63,671 nucleotides of DNA, filler included, from Octopus bimaculoides (GCF_001194135.2; 4 parts of 4 records of this genome joined end to end with filler, not necessarily neighbours in it); one strand, 5' to 3'; counted from the first letter of the whole stretch, positions 48,429 to 61,640 are shown. The notes: generated from the sequence alone by a model not told the origin. Translations and numbers: made by a program.

Positions 48429-48553
48429 TGTTATTCAAACATCGATTAAACAATCTTTTTGAACAATAAAACTGCCTCCCTTGTAGGTAATATTTACAAT
48501 GTGATGTTTCAGGTTTTTCAAGACACAACATATAATGAAATTAGAGATAGTGA

Positions 48554-48748
48554 TTACAAATTTTGATTGGTGAGTAGCTTGAAGTAAACACCTTTTTTTT
48601 GCTCTAATTCATTAGGTGTTCCTATTTCATGCACTTTGCCGTTTACAACTACAGCAATTTTGTCAGAATCCTGAATCGTTGAGAGCCTGTGGGCAACAAC
48701 TAGGCACGTACGACCTTGTCTTGCTTTATTGAGAGCTTCTTGAACAAC
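48554..48748 (-). CDS. ABCB1-like: ABCB/P-glycoprotein transporter, last coding exon (NBD2 H-loop)
   Basis: ctttgcAG acceptor; VVQEALNKARQGRTCLVVAHRLSTIQDSD...GVYFKLLTNQNL*. Exact paralogue cannot be resolved. Confidence 0.93.
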   Translation of the reverse strand, partial: VVQEALNKARQGRTCLVVAHRLSTIQDSDKIAVVVNGKVHEIGTPNELEQKKGVYFKLLTNQNL

Positions 48749-49043
48749 CTGCAAAGAATTATAAATAAAATAAATAAGTATTTTAAAACAATAGACGAAA
48801 CAAATTCAATTTACAAATAATTGATTGTAGAAACAAATATAAATGTAGATAGAAAATTAACATAAACATCTATTTACATGAAAGAAAATTACCGGAGAAC
48901 TTCTAATTCTTCCAAATCTTTCTACTAAAACTGTTTTGAAGCCATTTGTGGGGAAGAAAGAGAGAAAAATACAACAATGCAGCATCAAATGCTTCAACTG
49001 GTCGCACACAACAAGGTTCAACTGAACCTACTGAAGCAAGCCA

Positions 49044-49375
49044 CTCGCATCATTATCACGGGCGATGGCGAGACTAAGGCGTTGGAAAAACTAAGCATCA
49101 CCCTCAGGCATTACCTGGTACCTCGGTGAAGCGAGCTGCCAAAGATGACAAGAACTTCGCGGTTAGCGACCCAGTCCCTCCAAACGTCTCAAACACCACA
49201 GGCTGGAAGAGATAGTTCACTGCCAGGTCCCGATACTTCAGAGTTTTGTTCTGTTCGGCTACAGAAGCAGTGACCCTCACATCTATTGTAGCTTCCAGGA
49301 TGTGGAAGGGAGCAAAAGAGTCGCAGACTGTGACGTCCCAAATGAGGCACCTACCTCTAACCCAAGAACAAAGGG
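49044..49375 (-). mobile_element. CRE-clade non-LTR retroposon, restriction-like endonuclease fragment
   Basis: GRCLIWDVTVCDSFA...AEQNKTLKYRDL...FQPVVFETFG...FFQRLSLAIARDNDAS. Confidence 0.8.
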
Positions 49376-50289
49376 TAAGACCAACTGATCTCTTTGAATA
49401 AGATCAGCGATTATATAAAACCAAGTATTTGACTTGATATTTTTTTTTAATTGATCCCGCAAGTATGAAAAGCAAAGTCGGTCTCAGTAGATTTATATTC
49501 AGAATATTATTGCCAGAACAATGCCGAAAGATATTTTGTTCGACGCTTAAACAATGTAAATATCTAATGAAAAAGCAATGATGAGCTGTATTAACCAATG
49601 ATATAGTTCATTTGTAGTATATATGGAAAATATTGATTCCAAAGCACTTAACATTGATATGATACAATCATAGTTTCATTTAAGCTCACATCACTCTTCC
49701 TTAACCTTTCAAATCATCTTCGACTAACTCATTCGTTTAAGCAACCCTTCCCATACATACTATGACCATTTTGTGTTGCTTTTATAGCATTACTACCTAT
49801 TCTGAATTCATAAAACATTATATTAAATACTCCGTGGACACATCCATTTCAATGACGGACAAATCAGTAAGTGAATTAGCTAATTCTTACTGTAATAATA
49901 TCAATTCCTATTTAACAACCATACAAGGTCATGAAAATATGTGTTGTGACCATTCACATATTATAAAATAACAAATAAAGCTATCCAACTTACAGACACC
50001 AGATTCCAGGCACTACCAGGTGCATTTACCCATTATTTAAACAGTTGAGAAAATATTAAAGGCTATGGTAAAAGTAATGAGGAAGTTTTTGCATTGATGT
50101 TTTGCAAACAACTTGCACATGCAAGTGCTACTAGTCGAAAGCTCCGCATACCGGAAGCCAACAAGTGTATGGGGTCATCAGGAGAGAATGCACGCCGTTT
50201 CAGGGCCTACCTCTCGACAGCACCATTGCGCACCGCCCATCATTGATATGAGGTCCTGCTTGCGAGATCAACTGGTTATTAAATAAAGC

Positions 50290-51570
50290 TCAATATACTT
50301 CTAGCCACCGCTCATCATCTCTTTTTAACCAAATCTAATGGCTAGCCTTTTCCACTGTAGTTTGGATATCGGTCATGGTGGTATTTACTTTACGATGAGT
50401 TAGGCATAACGATAACAACAGTCGCCTGACACTGTGTCCAACAAATCCTCTACATCCAACTTCAATTAGAAAATGCTCCGCTTTCCAGCCTGCGTCTTCA
50501 CATTCCTCGAGGGAGTTTACATAACAGTCAATCTCTCGAGCCTGGAGTGGTGTCCATGTTATTTTAATGAGGAACCGTTAACTCGACTAGATTCATTACT
50601 TTCTTTCACACCACATTAAAATGTCCGGTTTTTTCGTAACTGAGATGGGAAAGAGTCCCTGGCACCCTGGTAAATCTGCAGTCACCTCCCAATAGTCGTT
50701 CCACTTTTCATCGCTCACAGGAAGTTTCTTCTTCTTGAAACGGATCTGCTGTCCTGAGCGTACAAAGGTAATGAAATCTCTAGTTGATACTTTCACCGGT
50801 TTTTTTTTCTCCACTGTTGTTGAAATCAATTTGGTTCTTTATAGCATCGAAGATAACCTTAAGGACTAGGTTGTATATCTATTCAATGCTAGTGAACAGT
50901 CGGAAAGAATATGTTTCAGTGTTCTGACCTTTCCGCATTTGCATATATCATTCTCTGAGACATTCCATCTTACTAGATGTACAGGTGATGGCAAGACATC
51001 ATAGGATGAACGAATCAGAAAACTTAGCCGAGATGTAGTCCACCTCCATATCTCATTCCAACTTATTTTTCTCTTAACAACATGTTCTTACCATATCGTC
51101 ATCTATCCTTGCTGAGAGCATTGGATCAAACAAAGTTCTCTTCTCTCTGCTTCCCTTGTTTTGACGCTGTTACTAACAACAGATCTGCGTTCGCGCCGCA
51201 ACATACTTGCAAACGGTCTGGACCAATTTGCGCCAAAACCAAGTCCCTTCCGATGAATTTACGTTGCACCCACCATGTCATGGTGTGTTAGAGAAGACAG
51301 CATGCCATCAGTCTCTGCTTCTGTTTTCCACTTTCTGGCTGTTTCTACATCTGGTGGATTACGCCTTCAACTCTCGCAGCATCATCACCATTCGTACCTT
51401 CCCTAGTTTATAAATTTCGACTATTGGCACCAGTGGTAACTGCAACGGGCCTCTTTTACGATAAAGAGCTGAACTGTTCAATATCTGAAGTAGGCCTAGC
51501 CACTTTCTAATAAATACATTACATTTTTGGGTAAATAGATGTACTACACCCAGTACATATGGCATGACTA
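50290..51570 (-). mobile_element. HERO-type non-LTR retroposon 3' part (RLE domain), decayed
   Basis: WEVTADL...FP..VTKKPDILMW, LVELTVP, GWKAEHFLIEVGCRGFVG, KASH*IWLKR. Confidence 0.75.
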
Positions 51571-51636
51571 GATATGTACGAATAAATGAGTGGGAGAGAG
51601 GAGGAAGTAAAGAGAGAGAATAACATAAATTAATAC

Positions 51637-51783
51637 CTTTTCGCTTTCAGTATCAAGAGCTGATGTTGCCTCGTCCAAAAGCAGTATTTTAGGATTTCTT
51701 ACTAATGCTCGAGCAATAGCAATTCGCTGTTTCTGTCCACCGCTTAGCTGCGATCCTTTCCCTCCAGGTTTAGTTTCATAACG
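51637..51783 (-). CDS. ABCB1-like: ABCB/P-glycoprotein transporter, penultimate coding exon (signature and Walker B)
   Basis: tttAG acceptor, GTATTA donor, 147 nt: [49 protein letters not shown]. Not in the ORF track. Confidence 0.95.
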
Positions 51784-51901
51784 CTAAAGATGAAAAGTAA
51801 AAATTTGTAATTGTAAATTAAACTATAAAAATAATAGGTAAAAGCTTATTTTATTGACATTGACTTTTGCATTATCAGTTATGTAGTTACTTTCAAAATA
51901 T

Positions 51902-54900
51902 ATGTACAGGGAAGTCCCAGAGAATCGACACATTTTCTCCCTCAGTCACAGCTTCAGGATGGTGTTTATACCATTTGTCAGCTGTTTTGATTTTATAATG
52001 CCGACATATTGTCCAGTGTAAATACTGGCCGACTCTGTCATGTCTTGCTTTATATTCTACAGGCACTAAGACTCTTCACCCTGAGATTAGGTGGCCTATA
52101 GTTTCAATCTCATCGTTACAGAATCGGCATTTTGGGTCAGCTCTATTTTTTATTACACTGGCTTGGTAGTTCCAGATTAATAAGCTTTGGTCCTGAGCAG
52201 CTAGCTCTGAACTTCGTAACCAATGATGTGTGTATTTCTGGTCGACATCAGCTTGCTTGTTACGGGTCACATACTTGCCATGCAGAGGTTTCTGTTCCCA
52301 TCTGCTAGCTAATTTTTCATGTGCTTTTGTCTTTGCAATTAATTTTATTTTCTTTGCAGCAGCAGTTGGTGCATTTCCTTCAACCTGATCAATCTGGTGG
52401 GTATCTAAGAGATCAGTAGCGAATTTTTTGCTCTCTTTCAGAATAAAGTGAAGTTTTTCGGTCTTTCATGTTTTTCAACAAGTTTTAGCATCCAATTGTT
52501 GGTTGTTTCAAGGTATTTGGCCAATCCAATTGTGGTGGTTTTGTACATAAGTTCAAGCTGGATCAAGCCTCGACCTCCCTGAGCTCTGGGAAGGTAAAGA
52601 CGATCCACGTCTTTTTGGGATGGTGCATCTTATTACAAGTCAGTAGCTTGCGGATTTTTCTTTCAATTTTCATTATTTCACTAGTATTCCAGTTAACCAC
52701 ATTGGAGCTATAAAGAACAACTGGGACTGCTAATGAATTTATGGCTAACACCTTATTATATGCATTCAGCTCAGACTTCAGAACTGCTCGATCTCTTCTA
52801 TAACATTCCTTCCTAGCCTTCTCTTTCATGCTTGCATGCTGGATAATAGAGCCTTCATTTATTCCTAGGTATTTATAGGTTTCCTGCTCAAGTTCCTTTA
52901 TTACTGTTTTGACATCTAATTCGATTGAACTTGGCTTTACCAGTTTCCCTTTCTTAAAAGTGACACGCTTTTCGAGGCCAAACTCCATCCCGATATCATC
53001 ACTGAATCTTTTCACAGTATGTGGTAGTCCTTCAAGCTCTTCATCATCTTTGCCATATAGTTTTAAATCATCCATATAACATAGATAGCTTATTTTCCTG
53101 TTGTCAATTTTGTAGCCATACCCTGTTCTATTCAGTTCACTTGAGAGTGGTATTAGTGCTATGCAGAAAATTAGTGGTGAAAGTGAGTCACCTTGGAAAA
53201 TTCCACAGTTTATGCTAATATTGTTTGAGCGCAATACTCCATTAGAATGATNNNNNNNNNNTGGAAAATTCCACAGTTTATGCTAATATTGTTTGAGCGC
53301 AATACTCCATTAGAATGATATAATTGGAGCTTCGTGTTCCATAGTGACATATACTTTAAAAAATCTGAAATCACAGGAGAAATTTTGAAAATGTCCAGCG
53401 ATTTCAGAATCCACGTATGTGGTATGCTGTCAAAGGTCTTTTTATAATCAATCCAATAAAGAGCTGAGATTTCTGCGCTTGTTATGGCAGTTCTCAAGGA
53501 TCATGCGATTAATTAGGAGCTGATCTTTGCATCCGTATGAGCCTCGTCTGCATCCTTTTTGTTCAGTGGGAAAGAGGTTATTCTCTTCCATAAACGTATA
53601 TGTTTTCTCCACTAGAATAGATGTCAAAATCTTATAGGTAATAGACAAACATGTTATAGGCCGTTAGTTTTTTGGGTCTTTGGCTTCGTTATTTTTGGGG
53701 AGGAGATAAGTAATACTATTTGCCATCCAATGGGGAGTTTTTTCCGGGTCTTTCATAATACTATTAAATAGTATTACTAACATTTTGTGTGCGGACCAGA
53801 GTGATGAGAGCCAGAAATTCGGTGCTCTATCAGTACCAGGGGATTTCCACTTATGAGCCTTCGTTAGTGCCCTCCTTAGGTCGGCGATTGAGATGTTTTC
53901 CCACACCTGTTCTTGTAGATTTTTGTAGGCATCTTGGGTGCGTTTGATCCAGTCTGCATTTTCAGTGTATGGTTTCTCATCACTCCAGATCCCTTTCCAA
54001 AAGTTTTCAACTTCTTCCATTAGGGATGGGTTTTCAATGGTTATTTTTTCTTTCCCTATTTCCCTGTAAAATGATTTGGCATTGGATTTGAACATCTTAT
54101 TTTGCTTGTAGAATTTGATTCTTTTCTCAAATCTACGTATTCTCTGAGCTTTTGCTTGAACTTTTTAAGTGTTTCATTCGGTGACATTAGTTCTTCTCTT
54201 GTTGACAGTCCATATTTTCTCACAATCTTTCTACCTTTTCTTGATCTCGCACCATTTCCAGAGATTAGCTCAGTTAATATTGATATCTCCCTTCGCAATG
54301 GTTCAATCTCAGTTTCAATTCTACTCCTCCAGTTTTATTTTCTTTTCGAATTTGGTATTGTTGGCTTTTTGGATGTTAAACAGTGTTTTATGTTGATGTG
54401 CATTTGAGAGTTTATGGAGTGGTTCCCTATCATTCATATTTGTATGCCCTACAACTGCAAGCTCATTCAGAACTTCCTCTTTCATTTCAATGATAGATTT
54501 TCTGTGTTGTTCAGCAAATATGTGGTCTTCAAATTCTGTTTTGACATCATTTTCCTGGCTGTTTTTTCTAAGGTCATTATATTTTCCTTTTTCTTCAGGC
54601 TCTTGAGTGGTTTCGGTAGATAGTCGCCTTTCAGTCAGTGCTTGTGGTCCAACATTCCTCTCCTCTGCTTCGTTATTTCTTTCCTGACTTATATTTAGGT
54701 CATTCTCTACCACTTTTTTAATAGAGGTTAATTCTACATCTGTGAGTCTGGTATTATTGAAGATATCTCTTCTAACATTTTCTAATCTATTTTCATCCAG
54801 GTTTGGTCTGCTAGCTGGATTCCGGCTCCTCTAAATTCTGTAGGATTTTGCGGTGTGTTTCTCTTGGGTTGGCCTACTTAATGCAAAGTAATAAGCGTAT

Positions 54901-55140
54901 ATTACTTCTTTATATTCTTCCCGGTTCCATTTAGTTCTTTTACATTTTTAATTTTGTGGTCGTTGTGGTGGTGAACTTTGGGGGCTTAATTTGGGACAAA
55001 TCCCGTTTAACTGACCTTCCAGGTTCGTATTCGGGGAAGATATTCTGCCAATTGAACATTTTTCGCCATCAGGCTGACAACCTCGTGATAGGCGCACTTC
55101 CAGAATAACCATTGGACAAGCGATTCGGTGTACTGTTTGA
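51902..55140 (-). mobile_element. R4/Dong-clade non-LTR retrotransposon, nearly full length, decayed
   Basis: N-terminal RTKWNREEYKEVIYAYY; RT motifs KSPGTD, EQKGCRRGSYGCKDQLL, GIFQGDSLSPLIF, YMDDLKLY, YKYLG; CCHC CRFC...ETIGHLISG; stops at LWDFPVH. Confidence 0.85.
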
Positions 55141-55193
55141 AATTTTCTTTTCTTTTTAAGTAAAGTTAAATTATTATTAAATTTTCATCATCA

Positions 55194-55252
<59 letters not shown>

Positions 55253-55519
55253 TAGTTTTATTTTTATAACGTGCTTTCNNNNNNNNNNNNNNNNNNNNNN
55301 NNNNNNNNNNNNNNNNNNNNNNTTAATTAATTAANNNNNNNNNNNNNNNNNNNNNNNNNNNNNNNNNNNNNNNNNNNNGTGAATGAAGCAAAACTACATT
55401 GTTTTAGAACAAACATCTTAACCACACAACCATGCCAGCACCTATATACACACACACACCATCATCATCACCATCAGCATCACCATCATTGTCATCATTT
55501 AGTGTCTGTTTTCTATGCT

Positions 55520-56290
55520 GGCATAAGTTAGACAGTTTGACTGGAACTGATAAGCTGGTGAACTGCACCAGGTTCCAGTCTATTTTAGCTTGGTTTGTAT
55601 GACTGATGCCCTTCCTTATGCCAACCACTCCACAGAATGTACAGGTGCCTTTTATATATCACCTACACAGGTGTCTTTTATGTGTTACCAGCATGGGTGC
55701 CATTTACGTGTCACAAGCACTAGCCACAACTACAATTTCACTTTGCTTGGCATGTCTCCTGGAGCACAGCAAATCACCACATCTTGATCACTTGTCATTG
55801 CCTCTGTGTGACTCAACATCCAAAAATTATATTTCACTACCTTGTCCCACATCTTCCTGTGTCTACCTCTTCCACAGGCTCCCTTCACTGTTAGAGATTG
55901 GTTCTTCACACAGCTGTCCTTGTCCATATGCGCCACATGTCCATACCAGCACAGTCTTCTCTTTCGCACACTACATCTGATGCCTTTTATACTAAATTTT
56001 TCTTTTAGGACACTAACACTCCACCTTTGTCCAACCTGTTTTCATTCTAGCAGCTTCCTCCGCTACTGATTTAGTCACCTAGGTAACTGAAGCTATCTGC
56101 TTCTTCAAAATCCTGGGCATTTGACAAAGTCTTTCTTTGTACATTCCTAGTGTTTATTATGCCTACTCATCTGCCACACACAACGGCTACTTTCTCTTTT
56201 AGCCTTCCTCTGAAACTGCTGCACCTCTTATGTGTCCATAGCTTGCACTGGGTACACTTTATGGAGTTTCTAACTACACTTTTTCTACAT
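55520..56290 (-). mobile_element. RTE LINE 3' fragment
   Basis: RKRRLCWYGHVAHM...GACGRGRHRKMWDKVV plus the shared tail. Confidence 0.8.
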
Positions 56291-56577
56291 ATCAAGCAGG
56301 ACCACATATATATATATATATATATATANNNNNNNNNNNNNNNNNNNNNNNNNNNNNNNNNNNNNNNNNNNNNNNNNNNNNNNNNNNNNNNNNNNNNNNN
56401 NNNNNNNNNNNNNNNNNNNNNNNNNNNNNNNNNNNNNNNNNNNNNNNNNNNNNNNNNNNNNNNNNNNNNNNNNNNNNNNNNNNNNNNNNNNNNNNNNNNN
56501 NNNNNNNNNNNNNNNNNNNNNNNNNNNNNNNNNNNNNNNNNNNNNNNNNNNNNNNNNNNNNNNNNNNNNNNNNNNNN

Positions 56578-57900
56578 AAAGTTACGAAAAAGTTTTTTTC
56601 ATTTTCGAAAGGTACATATAATGCCATTTTGTTTTGTTTCGTTTTGTTTCATTTTATTTTCATTTCGTTTTCGAATAATGTTATTTTGTTTCATTTCAGT
56701 TGCTAACATGAATTGGACTGGTGAGCATTGCGCTTTCATTGTGGAAACGTTTATTAAGAATGAATCTGTAACTGCAACACAACGAGCGTTCTGTTTGCGC
56801 TTCAGACTTGGTAGATATGATCCCGTACCTGCTCGAAACATGATCTTGTTATGGGTTAGTAACTTCAGAGCCAGTGGATCAGCATTGAAACGAAAATCAA
56901 CCGGCCGACCTCGCACTGCCAGAACTCCAGAAAATGTGGCAGCGGTAAGAGCCTCAATTCAACAGTCTCCACGGCATTCAGCATCTAAACGTGCCGCGGC
57001 TCTTAGGCTTTCTGATAGAAGTTTGCGAAGAATTCTTCACAATGATCTGCAAATGCATCCATACAAAATGATATTGTCACAAGAACTCAGCGAAAGAGAT
57101 ATTGAAACTCGCAGAGCATTGTGTTTGGAAATGCAACAAAATATCCCCAATGCATCTGTTGTGTTGTTCAGTGACGAGGCGCATTTTCATCTGTGTGCCA
57201 CAGTGAATAAACAAAACTTCAGATAATGGGCCGAAAACAACCCTCGTGAGTTGCATGAATGCCCTTTGCATTCTCTTCGGGTGACTGTGTGGTGTGCGGT
57301 ATCAGAATTCGGTATATGGGGTCCGTACTTCTTTGAAGAAGACAACGTTACAGTGACTGTGAACTCTGATCGATATTGTGAGATGCTAGAGAATTTTCTC
57401 AGACCCAAATTGAATATGCTCCACGATACGGAAAATGTTTGGTTTCAACAGGATGGGGCAACAGCCCACACTTCTCGACGTGTGATGGGAATTTTGAGGG
57501 AGATGTTTCCTGGTCATTTAATCTCATTGCGTGGTGACATCGGTTGGCCTGCCCGATCACCTGATTTAAATACTTGCGATTTTTTCCTCTGGGGATACCT
57601 CAAGTCAAAGGTATATATTAATCGCCTTCGATCTATTGAACAACTTAAAGATGCCATTCGTCAAGAAATTGCTGCCATTCCTCATGAAATGATCCGCCGA
57701 GTTATGGACAACTTTCATGAACGCCTTCGACAGTGTGTGGACAATGACGGCTCCCATTTGACTGATTTAATTTTTAAAACCAAATGAAACAAAATGGCAT
57801 TATATGTACTTTTCAAAAATAAATTATTTTTTTTGTTTCTTTACTTTTTAAATTTTTTTTTAATCCAAAAATGTGTCAGATCATTTTGCTGGACCCTGTA
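56578..57900 (+). mobile_element. Tc1/mariner superfamily, DD41D (rosa-type) transposon with long TIRs
   Basis: Inverted repeat GTACATATAATGCCATTTTGTTT (about 56603-56635) vs AAACAAAATGGCATTATATGTAC (about 57787-57810); right end GGACCCTG-TA; left end in the gap. Confidence 0.92.
56708..57787 (+). pseudogene. DD41D transposase, 359 codons, one in-frame TAA at 57224-26
   Basis: FSDEAHF, FQQDGATAH, then exactly 41 residues to the D of SPDLNTCD; the two ORF-track pieces are in the same frame. Confidence 0.92.
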
Positions 57901-57904
57901 TTAT

Positions 57905-58980
57905 CATCATCATTTAATGTTGTCCATGCTGGCATGGGTTGGTCTGTTTGACCAGAGCTGGAGAGCTGCACTAGATTCCAATCTGATTTGGCATGATTTC
58001 TACAGCTGGATGCCCTTCCTTAATGCCAGCTAGTTTACAGTATGCTTTTATGTGGCCCTGCATGGGCGCTTTATACTACCTGATGGACTAGTTTTAACAC
58101 TTCTGCTGCAGAGTATGGGTCTTCATGTGTACAGCAAGGTGCCAGGCATCTCAGTCCTTTGTCATCTCACCTGAAAGGTTCAGCATCCTGCGGTCATTCT
58201 TCAGTACTTCATCCCATGTTTTTCACTTCCACGTGTTTTATCTATTTGAGAGATCAGCACTTCTTTAAGGAGTGGTCAGCATCCACCCACATCACATGAC
58301 CAAACCAGCATAGTCTTCTTTCTTGCACACAACAACTAATTCCTCTTATACCTAACTTCTCTCTCAAAGCACCAGCACTCTGTCGAACATGTACACTTAC
58401 ATAACACCTCCAGCAGAGCATACTAGTCTCATTCCTCTCTAACCTTTGCATATCCTCTGCATTTAGGGTCCACATCTCACTACCATGTAGAATTGCTGTC
58501 TGTATACATGCATCATACAAACTTCTTTTCACTCACAGAGAGAAATCTTTTGTGGCCAACAAAGGTAACAGCTCTCTGAATTTCCTCCATCCTCTTCTTA
58601 TTCTAGTTATCACACTCTCTATGCATCCTCCCCCACTACTAATTTGGTCCCCTAGGTAGCAGAAATTATCTACTACCTCTAATGAGCCACCAAGGCATTT
58701 GAGAGAATCAGTTTCCCAAGTTTCTAAAGTTTTTATGTGCGTCTCCAACATATGAAATCTATCTTCTCCTATCTTTCCTATTAATCCACTGCACCTCTTG
58801 TGTGTCCATAGCTTGCACTGGATACATCATATGGAGTTCCTGCCTACACTTTTCCTACAAATTGAACAGAGCTGCCTGCCTGAATTTCTTGTCTAGCTCT
58901 GATATGGAATTCACTATGAGGGCAAGATCATCAGCATATAGTAGTTCACAGGGGCAGCCAGTCTTGAATTCCTCTGTTAT
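57905..58980 (-). mobile_element. RTE LINE RT fragment plus tail
   Basis: ELLYADDL, EVVDNFCYLGD, LHGSEMWTL, RRLCWFGHV. Confidence 0.85.
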
Positions 58981-60325
58981 GGTATATATGTGTATATATA
59001 TAAACATACATATATGTGTGTGTGTATATGTACATATATATATACGACAAATTTCTTTGCCAAATAATAATATAGCAATCCATTGAGATCACTTAATATG
59101 CTAGAAAAAGCAACCCTGAATCATTCTCAACTTGCATATTAGTGTCTTTAAAACAGGAAGGAGCATGATATCATGTTAAGGACATTAAAAAAAAAAGAAT
59201 GGGAAAATGCTATTGATTGTATGAATGCTCAACCAGGACCAACCTGTGGCTAAACAGCTATTAAAATAGTTATGGGCCATAGATTAAACTGTGTGGTTAA
59301 GATGTTTGCTTTGCAACCATGAGGGTTTGGATTTGATCCTAACCTATGGCATCTTTGGTAAGCATTTTGTTCTACCATATCCTTGACCATCCTTGTTTAA
59401 TGTGTACTTGTGTATGAAGTATTAAAACAGGCAATAATGAAGACTGGGAAATATGTTTCAAAATATATAAGCAGTATTGTATCAAAAAGTATGACTTCGT
59501 GGTTCACCAAATACAATTGATAAAATAAGTACTGGGTTGATAGGACACTTCTTGTCATCAATGAAACCCTGGAAAGTGATACCCCACAATGATTGAAACT
59601 AATAAGATATTTATTTAATCATCCTGCCTGATCCTCTGTTCTATGTATGTTCACTTTCCTGTAACTTGAGGGCATGCCCTGCCATCTCACTACTATGATC
59701 ACCTCTTTTTGCACTTGTGGTTAGTCTTGTATTTTCTCAAGATCCTGTTTCTGTCACTCCTTTTGACACTTGGCATAAAGCCATCTCCCTCAATATGATA
59801 CATCCGTTTACTTGAGTGGTCTTGTCCTGCAAGTTACTTGGTGACCTCATTAGTGTTGGTGCCATGTAAGAAGTACCAGTGTACACTCTGTAAAGTGGTT
59901 GCTATTAGGAAGGGCATTCAGCATACTGAAGTGGACATTGGAGCTTGGTGCAGTCCTCTGGCTCATCATAATGGAGCCTGGACATTTAACAATAATGGTA
60001 ATGATGATGACGATGATGATGATGATGATGAATCAGTTTAAACAACCATGTGAATCTAGTCTGAAAGACAGACAAAAATGTATACAACAAAATTTTATGC
60101 AAAAGAATAAACAAAAACCAATAAAAAGACAAATATAAAAAAAAAAATACAAAGGACATTTAGATATTTCTGTTAAATCTTTTGTATCTTCCTTGAACTG
60201 AAAGATCTTATTTATCATTGGTGGATCTTTGAAAATAAATTGTACTGCCAACATTGATAGCATTTTAAAGACCATTTTAAAAATGTTTTCTCTCTCATTA
60301 AAAGAATTTTAAAAAAAATTAGTTT

Positions 60326-60700
60326 TGAGTACAATCATTGGTGAACGTGGTTTTCGTGCCTTCGGAGAGAANNNNNNNNNNNNNNNNNNNNNNNNNNNNN
60401 NNNNNNNNNNNNNNNNNNNNNNNNNNNNNNNNNNNNNNNNNNNNNNNNNNNNNNNNNNNNNNNNNNNNNNNNNNNNNNNNNNNNNNNNNNNNNNNNNNNN
60501 NNNNNNNNNNNNNNNNNNNNNNNNNNNNNNNNNNNNNNNNNNNNNNNNNNNNNNNNNNNNNNNNNNNNNNNNNNNNNCGGCTGGGTGACTCCGAACTGAA
60601 GGAGCTACATGCTATGCACCACTTGGGGGTGGATAGGACCCTGTATCTGGCGAAAATGATTGATGCTGACGTCACTAGGAGAAACGTCAAGAAAGTGGGT
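60326..60700 (+). mobile_element. Gypsy-type LTR retrotransposon pol fragment spanning a gap
   Basis: VNVVFVPSE (RNase H C-terminal VPSxxNxAD-like) and LKELHAMHHLGVDRTLYLA (integrase HHCC first half). Confidence 0.6.
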
Positions 60701-61099
60701 CTTGGGAAGAGTTTTGATAGGGGCTATCCCCTATCAAAACTCTTCCCAAGACCCTGCTTTCCCCCACCCATGATCACTACCCATCGCAGGTCCTGCACAC
60801 TCTCCATGCCCTCACTTATCTACCATACCCCTCCCACCAGCAACTCCAATTTCTCTCACAATCACTTGCTACACCTCTTCCTCATCTCTAAACAATCTCC
60901 TCTACACCACTTGTATTCCCCCCACTGTACCTTGTAGGTGTCCCAATACATCTCCAACACAATCAATGTCACTCTCTCCCTCTCTTTCTCCCCTTTCTTT
61001 TACTACTGGGGTAGCCAAGTATCTCTTCTATAGCAAGATACCTATCTCCTATCCCTTTATTATGCTCTGTGTGTGTGTGGGAGGTCATGACCATAAATA

Positions 61100-61540
61100 A
61101 TGTGCCTATATATATATGGCCACAATTTTACTTAGCTTGTTGTGTCTTCTCAAGCACAGCAAATTGGCTGGTGTCTTAGTCCTTTGTCATCTCCTCTGTG
61201 AAGCTTAACATCTGAAGATAATTTCTCTCCTCTTTGTCTCACATGTTCCTAGGTCTACCTCTTCCACATGTTCCCTCCACAATTAGAGATCAGCACTACT
61301 TGATATATCTGCCCTCATCCACTTGCATTATATGCCCAACCACTGCAGTCTTCTCTCATGTACACAACATCTGATGCCTCTTATACCCAATTTTTCTTTT
61401 AAATTGTTCATGCTTTGTCACACATGCACATCCAGCAGAGTATATTGGCTCCATTTCTTTTAAGCCTTCACATGTCTTCTGCAGTCGCAACCTGTGTTTT
61501 GTGGTCGTGTGCCATAGCTGTTCATATACAGGCATCATAC
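61100..61540 (-). mobile_element. RTE LINE 3' fragment
   Basis: Homologous to 55700-56100 (RLQWxGH, GRGRPRKTW-like relics). Confidence 0.6.
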
Positions 61541-61640
61541 NNNNNNNNNNNNNNNNNNNNNNNNNNNNNNNNNNNNNNNNNNNNTTAATTAATTAANNNN
61601 NNNNNNNNNNNNNNNNNNNNNNNNNNNNNNNNNNNNNNNN

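Noticed and set aside
53194-53319. 58-bp tandem duplication inside the R4/Dong RT
   Set aside because: The two copies flank a 10-N gap exactly; an assembly overlap, so this break in the ORF is not biological.
59470-59505. Minus-strand EVILFDTI resembling the ABC Q-loop region (QEPVLFD)
   Set aside because: No ENIAYG continuation and no usable splice sites; upstream ABCB exons were not found in the window.
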